Below are positions 17,446 through 28,205 of a stretch of DNA of 34,776 nucleotides, piece by piece. Made by a program: the position numbers and the translations under genes. The notes beneath the pieces were generated by a model. It was not told the origin of the DNA, did not search any database, and was given only the letters and a program-made list of their open reading frames with translations. The first letter of the stretch is position 1, and the number at the start of each line of letters is the position of its first letter. Source of the DNA: Mesotaenium endlicherianum (lineage: Eukaryota); assembly GCA_009602735.1 (NCBI GenBank), contig WELA01002721.1, forward strand, positions 57,196-91,971. The letters run 5' to 3'.

Positions 17446-18639
17446 TATACGCCGTGCGTGGATTTTAAAAAGTGAAGCGCCGAGTGTCGTCATATTTAAG
17501 CACGCACAAAGGGTATGAGGGCAAACACTACTATACAACAAGGGTCAACAACTTGACTCATGTAAATTCTTCTTCTTTTTCAGTTGGCAGGTTAAATGCC
17601 GCCCTGGCCTTACAACACATGTTTTTGACAGATCGAGGATAAAGCAAAGAAGATTAGAATAACAGCGCGAACAAACCTTTCATCAAATTGATCTATTAGT
17701 ATCATGTATGATGTTTAAGTTTGACATATGGTAGTTCTTTACTTGGAATATACATCCCTCTGGTAATCTACACCATCTTGTTGATCAAGAGTCACAGACC
17801 TTCTTCCAGATTGTCTTGCCGTCCCTCTTGGTAGTGCAGCTGCGCATCAACCTGCAAGCTTGAGCTCAAACCGCCAATCCCTTCCCCGGCAATGACCCCT
17901 TGTCTTTCTCGTCTCTTCAGATAAAAGCACATCCCCCAGGAATATACATGCATAACAAATCCCTCTACCAAAACCCCCCCCCGGTTACAACCTGCCTACG
18001 TCCTGATCGACGCCACCGATGCCACCACCAATGCCACCAGAAAACCCACCAGGTGGTAGTGTGCATGCTCACCCAAGCCGACACAGACGCCACAGCTGGC
18101 TGGCTGGCACAGCTGGAGCACGAGTGCTACCCTAGTACCGAGGTCCAAATGCTGCCCCAGGTTGCTATTGCAGGGGGACATTGGGGGCTCTGCCCAGGAG
18201 CAGGCACCCCCTTCTGGTCCTGGATTTGTGGCTTTGAGTCCTGCAAGGCTCTCCGCTGGCCCCCTCGTTTCCCCTCCCGCGACGCCACCCCAACCCCGCT
18301 TTCCTTACTCTCCCTTCCCCGTTCCTCCCCCCTGCCCTCCCCCTCGCCCTAGGGGCTGTGCAAGAAGAGGCTCATTGCACTCATCCCAAGTGTTATGTGC
18401 TTTGACAGGGCGCACCATCCCGCATCTTTGGAGCAGGGATCTTCTTCACGTTTCGCTTCTCAATCTTAAATCCTTTTTTCCACTAATAGTTCAGACTGAA
18501 ATTGTTCAGTAACGCGCAGCTGCGCTAAAGAGTGTGTGTGCGGCTGTGCCAATTGTCAGGTGGGCTGGGGTGGTCCTGCCACACTGCAGATGCTAGAGGT
18601 CAGGACAGAGCCGTCCCCTGACGGCCTGTGCACGCTGCG

Positions 18640-18910
18640 CTCCCTCTCTCTCCCACTCCCCCCCTCTCGCTGCCTCTTGCTAGCTCCCCTCACTCGCCCG
18701 CTCTCCCGTGTGCTCGGTCTTCCCCTCTCGCTCTCTCGCGCCCTTGCGCGCTCGGATGCCCCCTCCCTCCCTCCTCCCCTCCCTCTCTCTCTCCCCCTTT
18801 CTCTGTCCTCACGCACCCTGACACTCGGCAGGCAGCAGCGCCTGGTGTGGCGCCTGGGCCTTGAGAGCTTGCCCTTGCCCCTCTCTCCCCCACCTCTCCC
18901 TTCGTGTACC
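18640..18910. repeat. CT-rich low-complexity tract
   Basis: Visible polypyrimidine tract. Confidence 0.8.
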
Positions 18911-19867
18911 TTGCCCTTCTCATACCTCTCCACGGAAGGAGCCCGGAATTGGCACCCTCAAAGACGCCGCCTCAGAGCAATCGAGTGAGCGAGGAGCACT
19001 ACAGCAGCACACTCCAAGGTGCGCCAAAGACATAGAGCGCAAGCTGAAGTGAACAGCGTACGCGCCAAAGAGGATGTAAGCGCAAGGCTGAGCGCTCGCC
19101 AAGAAGAAGAACCAAGCCATTCGTAGGTCCGACTCCGCAATGAGTCGAGCAGAAGGGGACAAAGAGGGGGCAAGAGGCTGACTCCCTCCAACTCCGTCCT
19201 CCTCCTCCTCCTCCTCCTCCTCCGCTTTGGCCTGCTGCGCCTCATGTGAGCCTCCTCGAGGACGTCCCGGCAAGCTCAGCAAGAGCACCCTCGGCAGCTA
19301 AGCATCGCGTCTGAGGTGTAGTGCTTAGGACTCTAGGGTTTTGCCCATTGTGGCTCTGAAGTAGGTCCCTCCAGCAGGCTGCACTTCTCTCCCTCACTCT
19401 CCGATAGTATCGGAAAGGCTCTGTCATACTCATTGCAAGCCGGGGCGTGAAGCCTAACCTGCACTTGGGGCTCCTACTGGAGAAGCGGGAGGCAGGCGCA
19501 CAGGGTGACCGAGAGAAGAAGCTCGACGTGCCGCCGCCTGGTGGCAGCACGCCATGTGCGCCTTGGGCCCCTCTCAGCTGTGTCCCTTGTGTCCCTACCG
19601 CCCCCCTCGTTATGCTCAATTCTCAGAAGCCCCACACAAATTTCCTGAGGAAGAACTGCTCAGGGGAGCCTGGCAGCGCGGCCTGGCAAATTCGCCCGCT
19701 CTCCTCACGTTTGTTTCAGGGTTCGAGGATTCGAAGGTTTTACTTCTAGGGTTAGGGTTCGGGTTTCTGCACTGCCAAGGGGGGCACTCAGGCTTCACAG
19801 TGCTCCAATGCTGCACCCTCTCCCATAACCCATTAATTTGGTGAGCTTGAGGGAGGGTACTTGAGCA

Positions 19868-20137
19868 TGAGAGGGGGGAGAGGGAGACAGTGGGAGAGCG
19901 AGAGGATGAGGGAGAGGACGAGGGAGAGGGAGATAGTAGGAGAAGAAAACTCAAAATGGAGAGTGAGGGAGGGGAAGAGGGAGGGAGAGGAAGAGGGAGA
20001 GGGAGGGAGAGAGAGAGGGATAAGGAGAGGGAGAGGGAGAGGGAGCGGGAGGGTGTAGGGGACTGGGAGAGAGAAAGAGGGTGAAGGAGAAAGTGAGAGA
20101 GTGGGGGAGGGAGAGCAAGAGGAAGCAAGAGAGAGAA
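19868..20137. repeat. GA-rich low-complexity tract
   Basis: Visible polypurine tract. Confidence 0.85.
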
Positions 20138-20287
20138 AATCAATAGGAGTTGTTCTTTGTTGCATGCGATACTGTGAGTCAAACATCTCCGCCAGAGGAG
20201 ATTGAAGCAGGGACCGACTTTGCATTTGCCGCCTAGGTGCTCCTCACCTCAGGCACGTGACATCAGCCTAGCCCCCCCCCTCCTTCC

Positions 20288-20385
20288 NNNNNNNNNNNNN
20301 NNNNNNNNNNNNNNNNNNNNNNNNNNNNNNNNNNNNNNNNNNNNNNNNNNNNNNNNNNNNNNNNNNNNNNNNNNNNNNNNNNNNN
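20288..20385. other. assembly gap (N)
   Basis: Run of N between C-rich flanks. Confidence 0.99.
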
Positions 20386-22865
20386 CCCCCGCACCCCACC
20401 ACCTCCTTTGGAATCTTTACCCCCTTCATGGTTTCCAATTGCTAACAGAACAACGGGGAAAACGTTCCCAGCGTAAAAAACCCCGCCACCTGACCCCCTT
20501 GCCCTATGCTTGACCAATACTGCCGGCAAGAAACCATCAGAAATGTGAAGGAACTGCAAAGAGCAGCCGTATACTTAAGAAGAGCAGCCTTCCTTTCACG
20601 AGAAGCTTTGGACTATGGGTTTGTGCGTAAGGTTACGTCAGGTCAGCTTCGTCCATCGCACGTGTGCACGAGTATGTCTGTATGGCTACTGCAGACTAGC
20701 TCAGGTGGATTGGTTCTTCTACTTAGCCCATCTGAGCCGATCAGGACCGGTGGACATACACAAGAGTGAAACTCGATATGAGTGGACCCCAGTGTAAATG
20801 TACTCGGGAAGCGACCTCAAGAGTCAGAGGCAGGGTCTTGTGATGGAGCTGCCATTCGCAGCCATGGTCCGTAGCCCTACTCGTCTTATGGCTGTATAGA
20901 GTGTGACATAGAGCCTTCATCAGAAAGAGAAAGTAACCAGGGTCCTTGATGCATTATAGTGGGTCCTGGCATATGTTTATATATGTGTGGATGTGGAGAT
21001 GTGTGGATTAGTCAGGATCGGTCGGTGACAGTATTTTCCCGCCATGGTTCGGATAAGGAGGTTGCTCAATCTGGTCAACAGTTGACCGGTGTGGGCTCCA
21101 GCCCTCTAATATGATTCTAATCGGGCAAACTTAGACCATATTTACAACGGAATCTCTGTCGTCTTAGTTTTAATAGTGCGCTTAGCTTTTCCTGTCTCAT
21201 ATTGTCTTCCGCAATGGTGCCATATAACCTTTTCTATTATGCATATTTTTACACAATGCGAAGAGAGACCCTGCTTCCCCCCCAATATCTTATACAGTCG
21301 ATAACAGTTATGAGCGAGACTACCACTGTTCAAGGCTCCATTCGCGAAAACCCACCATCGACTGCCATCGACGATTACAAGGCGATGTATCATGTAAGGG
21401 TCTCTCTTTCACTCACTTTCACTAGCATTTCACAGTGCTTTTAATAGCACTTTATAGCGTTCTCGAACGTCACGTACAATTTAGCAGACACGACCAGGCA
21501 CGACGGCCACGATTGCGTCACCACTGTCACCGGCTAAAACGTCAATCAACAATGCTGGCCGTCCATGTCGCCCGTCAAAGACTTTCGAGGCCTGAAGGGC
21601 AGGGCATGGCAGGCATGTACGTTCACTTACGGACAGTACGCCAAAGGGTTTTAGGTGAAGGTGCACGAGTGTTTTGTCGGTCGTACTTTGTGACCTCAAT
21701 TCATTCCTTCTGCCCAGCTTCTGCCAATTTCTGACTAGTGTCTGCATGCATGCCCTGACGTTACACTTCCACGCTCTTACTCCATTGTCCTGCACTCGTC
21801 TCTGCTTGCCTTTGCTTGCATCGAGTGCTCGTACAGAGTAGCTTGTTAGTACTGAAGACGGTATACGAGCTGCAAGAAAGGTGCACGCTTCCTCCAGAAT
21901 CTTGTGAGAAGCTCCCATCCCTGACGATGACTTCCTCTCTCGCCATATTGAATGGGCCTGTACTTCCCTTCTGTTCATCAATTGTAAACAGGGGAAGAAG
22001 GCTGCATCCGTCGCCTGCAACAGGTATGATCCTGATCACACTACGATTTTTATACCAGACAGTCGATGATGTATACAATGGTTGCAGCAAGTTAACGATG
22101 AGTAGAAAATAGACTTGTTGCTAAACACGTCCCTTCTCACAGCATTGTAGCAGATCGTACGAAACCATGGACAAATAGATTGACTTTATGAGGCCATGCC
22201 TGTCCTTTAATGCTCTAGTATACCACACGAGGCAGACACGGCTATCCATGGAACAGTTTGCCATATTAAGGATAAGGTGTCTGTAGTCATACCGATGATG
22301 CTCGGCATCGCGAGTTATTACAAGGACTGCCACCACCATTGGTCATCGCATACTATGATCGATAGTTACGTTCTTGCAGCCATATATGAACTGCTCTTGT
22401 TGCATCTACATTGTGTGCAGGCATTCACTCGAAGGTCCCAAGCACCGTAAAGGTCGCCGCAAAGCTTGAACGCGGGGGGAAGCTGCAAAACTCTCCTGCA
22501 TGGCTACCTTGCAGGCAGATGACGGGGCAGGTACACCTTCAAAATCTTCCCCTGCTCCAAAACTTGACAAAAAAACAATCACAACCTGGCAAGACAGAAA
22601 GTACAAAGTGTTGAGCTCCAGCACCAGTTGCGCGCAGTATTGCGTCGTGCTCGGAGTTCATGCACTGCCATCAAGTCACCTGCAGTAAGCTGAACTGAGG
22701 ATCTCAGAATGTTGTAGCCTGGACAGTTGGAGCAACTTGTAGTTCATACATATTGAGAAAGTGTTAACCTCCTGAGTGGAAGTATTGGCATTATGTATCA
22801 GGAACAGCGATTGGAAAGTTGACAAGTTCTGATCATGCAATTGATGATCCTCGTGGTTTTCACAG

Positions 22866-23204
22866 GTATCTCTGCAGTCTGAGCTGAAGCCTGAGCCTAC
22901 ACTGCAGCTTGCTCCTGATTGGAGAATAAGGGGGGGCCGTTCACTGCACTTCGAGAGTGAAGATACATATGTTCTTTTAGAACCAGGAGAGGAGGAGGTC
23001 TTTGTAACGGAGGCGGAGCTGCGGGTGAAGTTGGCCGGCTGGCTTGATAACTGGCCAGGCGAGAGTATCCCAGCAGATTTAAGTAACTTTTCTACCAGAG
23101 AAGAAGCCATATCTTATCTCATCAGCTCTGTATGTGAACTGGACCTTGGTGCTAACCGAGGGGCAATTCAATGGTTTGAAGTTAGACTGGACCCCTCCAG
23201 TTAA
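22866..23204 (+). CDS. CRR7: CHLORORESPIRATORY REDUCTION 7 (DUF3571), chloroplast NDH complex assembly factor; last exon
   Basis: After the acceptor TTTTCACAG| the frame reads VSLQSE...RIRGGRSLHFESEDTYVLLEPGEEEVFVTEAELRVKLAGWLDNWPGESIPADLSNFSTREEAISYLISSVCELDLGANRGAIQWFEVRLDPSS*. This matches the CRR7 pattern DTYVLLEPG..E.FV...EL...L..WL.NWP...P.DL..F....A...L...VCEL......G..QW..VRL, recognised from memory. Upstream transit-peptide exons are uncertain; candidates are about 22421-22530 and 22599-22684. Confidence 0.9.
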   Translation, partial: VSLQSELKPEPTLQLAPDWRIRGGRSLHFESEDTYVLLEPGEEEVFVTEAELRVKLAGWLDNWPGESIPADLSNFSTREEAISYLISSVCELDLGANRGAIQWFEVRLDPSS

Positions 23205-24379
23205 TTTCCGTCTATGTGATGTGCTTCTGTGAGTGTAATGTGATGTGCTGCTATGAGTGCATCGCATGCTTGTGCGCCTAAGGTTCAGCAATGCTTAGTG
23301 ACTTGAGCAGATTGTGCATTAGAAAAAAGACGTACTCCACTCTACATCCAGCCGTTTGGTTCAACGTAATAACAGCATGGGACTTTGTCACACTACAAGC
23401 GTAAACACTTACAGGAGCCATTCTGCCAGTCTTGGCACCCCTATCTTACAGCATTCTATTGCACCAGATTTTTGTACAGAAAAACTTCCCTGCATCGAAG
23501 GTGTTTCCAACAAAGAACTGTCCAATACATCCTCACTCTGTTTAGCAAGTACACAAAACATCGTGTGGCCCAGTTTCTAGGGTACTCCCAACTTTATTCC
23601 AGTAAATAAAATGAGAAACTGAGATACATGCAGGACTAGAGCTCACCTACGCCTAAAAGCACACAGAAAATCTCACCAACCTCACCAGCAAGTCAGCACC
23701 CAGCATCAAGAATACTGTTGGCTCGCAGCTGCGAATCTTTTCAACAATCGGTGGGAGAAGAGCAGGGGCCTGTCTGGATCACGGTTGACTAGTTTTTGCT
23801 GTAAGCCCTCAAAACAGCAACCAGAGAGTGGTATGAGAACAACCGGAATGTCACTAACTGAAAAAAGGCCGAGCACATGTAGATGTGCGTAAAATCTAGG
23901 GAGTGCCAGGGGCTCTCTTACAAGCACAAAAGTTCAGAGCACTAGCAGTGGCTAGCAGAAAGTTGAACCTAGACAGTGTGTGTGCTGCTAGTGTGCACTA
24001 CAGGCTCCCCCCCTTGCAAATAATCAGATACCTTCTCAATGTCAACATCCCTCAGTAAGACAGGATTTGCTGCAGAACCCAAACAGGTGTCAAAGAGAGC
24101 CTGCAGAGTCAACCCTACAGGAAAGCGGCGAGAGAGGTGCCCCGGTGAAACCCGCCCCTCAACCCCCCCTCCTCCCTTTCAACGAATGCTGCAACCCCTT
24201 GACCAATATAGTCAGGTCGGTCCCACCCCAGCTGTCTCACAACTAGACGTGCTAACCCTGCTATTGTATAAAATCCACTCGGTTCGTCCCGGGGCGCTAC
24301 CAAGAATGTCAAGCGAGTAATATCCACGGACGGGGCAAAGGGTAGGAGGTAGATCCTAGTAACTCGACACTGCAATGTG

Positions 24380-26966
24380 TCAAGTGCGAGACCTTTTGCT
24401 ACACGAAGGGCACTTGTACTGTTGGATGTGTTCTGCCTTTGCAGGAGTAATCTTCACACACTTCCCATGGTACCTGCAAAGGGAACAACCCAAAGAAACA
24501 CGACCACCCATAATCAGACTCTTGTCTGATACTTCCCCAAACCCTAATCTAATCCCACATCTCTACTCAGAAACTGCTCTGCTCCTCCACAGCTTTGCTT
24601 GCACAGCAGCCCAGCAGATACCCAGGGTGCGTCCAATCACAATCAGTATATCAACGGACTAAGAAAAGATTTTATTGAAGCAAGACCTGCCTGACTCTAT
24701 GAAACCTAAAGTGTGCCTAGCTCAACCCCAGAAAGTGTCTCGGCAGGACAGATACACAGGCTTGTTTGTAAGCAAACAAATCAGCGGTGCCAAAAGGCTA
24801 AGCCGAAAAGGTAGGAGCTGTCATACAACGTGCCAGAGAAAGGAGTCAGGGGCAGATGTGCTTACCATTTCTCACATATGTCACATCCAATCCAGAACTC
24901 ATTTGAAGCATACGGGCCACCGCATATACCACAGAAAGTATCTCCATGTTCCTCATCATCCTCATCCTCATCTTCCTCCGGTGTCTCTTCCTGCTTCGGA
25001 GGAGGAGCAGCCTTTGGGGTCGGCTTTGTTGGAGGCTCAGCAGCTCGCTGCGCACAAATTGTGGGACCCCTTTAAACAGTACACCACTTTGTAAAAGCAC
25101 ATCTCACAGCAATATAAATTTCCAAAACTGCAGCATGTCCACTCCAGCTCTTGCTGCCATACCCATTACTCCCATGCCTCATTCCAGCAGCCCAGCATCA
25201 TCCCAGCAACCCAGCATCAATGCCCTTAGTCTGTAAACGACTATAGCACAGAAAGTCTGACACCTCTGAGTAGAAAAGAAACATGACTACAGAGAATCCC
25301 CCTTCACATGTATGAGGATCATAATTTAAAGAACCACCTTTCACGTGTTGAAAGTGTCACAAAACTGAACATGTACCACAAGAAAATAACTAAATGCTCT
25401 GGAGATGGTATGGAGCTTCAGCAATTCCTAATAAGCTCTTAAAGTCACCAATAGCTGTGAATAAGAATCCCCAACTCCTCCCAGGCAGGAATAGAGCCAA
25501 TACCAACTAGGATCAGGTCCCCATCTCTTGTGAGCTGCTTTCTACCTGTAGTATTATGACAGATTGGTATAGCTGTCTTGTCTGGCCAGTTGACATTCCT
25601 CCCTTTATGTTTTTTAAATTAATCAAGACGTGGAGTAAGATAGGTCGTGTCCACTGATTATACAACCAGCCTCCATCCACCCTGCCTCTCATTGAGACAG
25701 ATGCATTCATCCTCCACAGCTACAAAGAAGAGAAGTTAACAGTAAAGGTGCAGAACTCACAGCTTTTCCAGCAGCCTTGCCCTTGGGTTGCTGCGGTTGT
25801 GGTGTGACATTATTTGTAGAACTAGTTTTCTCCTTGACTGGCTTCTTCCCCGTAACAACATCGAAGACTGTTGGAAGATCGTTGATCTGGCTAAACAACC
25901 TCTTCCTGCACTCACCCAGTGCTCTCCACTGCACTAATTTAGCATCATTATATTTCACCTCCATCATATGGCTGAGCTTGCAAAGAGACCAATAGCATTA
26001 GGCTTTGGCATCATACGCCAACCACTTCATGGTCTGGTAGTGCAGGGGCTACTGTGGCAAAGTATCTTACCGCTCGTTTTTATCGAAGCGGGCTCCGTAA
26101 TAGAACGCAACAGCAAGGAGCCAGGCGTCACTGTGAACAGCAACTAAAGACAACCAGTCTTTCCTTTGCATGCCATCCCTGGCAAAGTTAATACCCAAGG
26201 CAGGTTCTGGTAGTTCTGGCGGAACCTCTTCAGCAGGTAAATTTACTTCCCAATTTTCGTCAGGATACCCATAAAGGCATAAATTTTCCTTTTCTGCAAT
26301 AATAGAGGAGCACAACAGCTGTTAACATCTAGGCATCCTAACGAAATCTCCAAACAATTCTTAGTAACGGCTAGTAAAACTTTGACCATATTGCTCACAA
26401 GAAAGGCATTGACAAAAACCCTCAAATTTTACAAATGCAGGATATATTCACTCACTCAACTCCTGTCAAATATAACCCTATCCTTTTTAAAGAAGAGTCC
26501 TACATCTGCTCTCAATAAACATGCCCAAAACAAAAATTGTTCATGTTATACTCCACACATGGGGGATGTCTTACTAACCAGGATCACACTGTCGGTAAAA
26601 CTCTTCTACGTCTGTTTATAGTCACCAGCAACAAAGAGACACCGAGGTTATAAAATAGTTAGTCACAGGGCACAATGCTCGAGCCCTCTCCTGCCATGTT
26701 GTAGAGGAACTACAGACCAAGAACTTCAGAAGCATGACAATCTGAATGAAAGACATCCGAAGAAAAAAGCACACATCAGTAAAGCCGTAGTCCTGCAGAC
26801 CAGGCTCCCCTGGGAATTGCCAAAAAAATAACCTCTAACCCAATAAAAAATTCGTGGAAACCTTACCTGCAGTCAGGGCTTTTAGCATTCCCAGACGACG
26901 TCCCGTGAAGTCCTTATATACATCCTCAACAGTTCTCGGGTTGCTCGACATGGTTCCGCCTTCCAT
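24380..26966 (-). CDS. AL: PHD finger protein ALFIN-LIKE (PAL/DUF3594 domain + PHD), 258 aa, complete
   Basis: Exons 26966-26867, 26611-26579, 26293-26071, 25905-25761, 25047-24866 and 24473-24380 total 777 nt, all GT..AG, phases 1,1,2,0,2. Protein: [91 protein letters not shown]..|[19 protein letters not shown]..|..[60 protein letters not shown]. Confidence 0.97.
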
Positions 26967-27171
26967 ACAATGTTGCCGTGCGAGTGCACGGCAACGTCAG
27001 TGAAAATTGACTAAGAAGTGGTGCAATATGAACCAGCTCTTTGCAAAACAATAAACTGAAGCTCTCATGCACCACGCCACTTATGGTTCTTCATCCTAAT
27101 CTGGCCAGGTCCTAAGTAGAAAGAGAGTACAGAAAGAGAGTCCCCAGATTCTTCTGAGCACGAGGTTTTAC

Positions 27172-28205
27172 CTCGCGAGTTTTGAATGTGCTCAACTGGC
27201 GATGAAATGTGTGAAAATGAATGTCAGTGAAAAATATGAGTCCAAAGTAGTCGTAGCCTTTTTGCCCGCCAACTTCTTGCTGTGAGCGTTCTCACGCATT
27301 CTCACGCCCCGGTTCCGCGCTGTTCCGCGCATCCTCTCCCTCCCTCGATTTTCTCTCGCTCGTGTCGCCAACTGAAAGGGAGATTCGACCAACAAGCATA
27401 GAGGATGCCTCTGTAGCTCCGTCACCTAGATAGATGAACGTCAGGGGATTATTATTTGTTTATATTGAAGGGTCAAGATGCAAAATACTCTCCTAAAGCA
27501 GGCAGTTAGCCTCGCTACGTTCAAAAAGGGTAATCAAGGGTGATAGTTGGTGGTGTTTTTCCTATCTGTATCGTACCGATAAGCTTCCGGCACGTAGCTC
27601 GTCACGCTCTATGCGGTCGTAAGATGTACCTTCCAGCTGCTTCCAGCAATCGGAGCTTAACCACGATCTGGCCATAAATGTAGTCAGACGACTGGACCAC
27701 CGAAGCACTGCGACGTCTAAATCCAACTCGTCGATGACGTCGCACATTTGTGATGGCAAGCACATTCGTATGTTCCGATGAGTTCTAGAGGGAAGAGCGA
27801 AAGATCGTCGCGTCCATATTGTTACGGTATCACAAGTGGAATCGCGGCTGTCGATTCATCGGTTGCGAATCGCGATATGGTCTTATACTCGTGTTTAAAT
27901 CTTATGATGACCAAAATATATGAAATGGTTTAACACAAAATGTTGGGAGCGTGAAGTGAGCCCTGCGAAACAAACCTTTGTTGCCATTCCCTGGTGTTTC
28001 GTGCACTAGAAATTGTGCATTTCACTGTCCCTTCTCCCTCCCTACAGTCAGCATTAGGGTTTGCTGATATTTCTTGAGAACTTTACTCGGTGCTCTGATC
28101 CTGCAGTGGTCACTCGAGAGCCTGTTCCCAGGTGTTTTTCTTTTCGAGTATGGCTTTGAGCTCCTTGATGATGCAGGTTACCGTGACTTTGCAGTGATTA
28201 TCGTA
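27172..28205. promoter_or_regulatory. putative bidirectional promoter and 5' UTR region of the Alfin-like and R3H-SUZ genes
   Basis: Start codons at 26966 (-) and 28206 (+) point away from each other. The core is CpG-dense and a telo-box TTAGGGTTT lies at 28054-28062. Promoter function is inferred from position. Confidence 0.5.

Noticed and set aside
17900..20800. ORFs of 60-190 aa
   Set aside because: Mostly translations of CT/GA tracts, with no family motif or consistent exon chain.
13500..21300. Intact PIF/Harbinger or other transposon around the Myb gene
   Set aside because: No DDE transposase, RT or integrase motifs, terminal inverted repeats or target-site duplication could be identified by eye.
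22676..23110. 144-aa Ser-rich minus-strand ORF
   Set aside because: Antisense shadow of the CRR7 exon.
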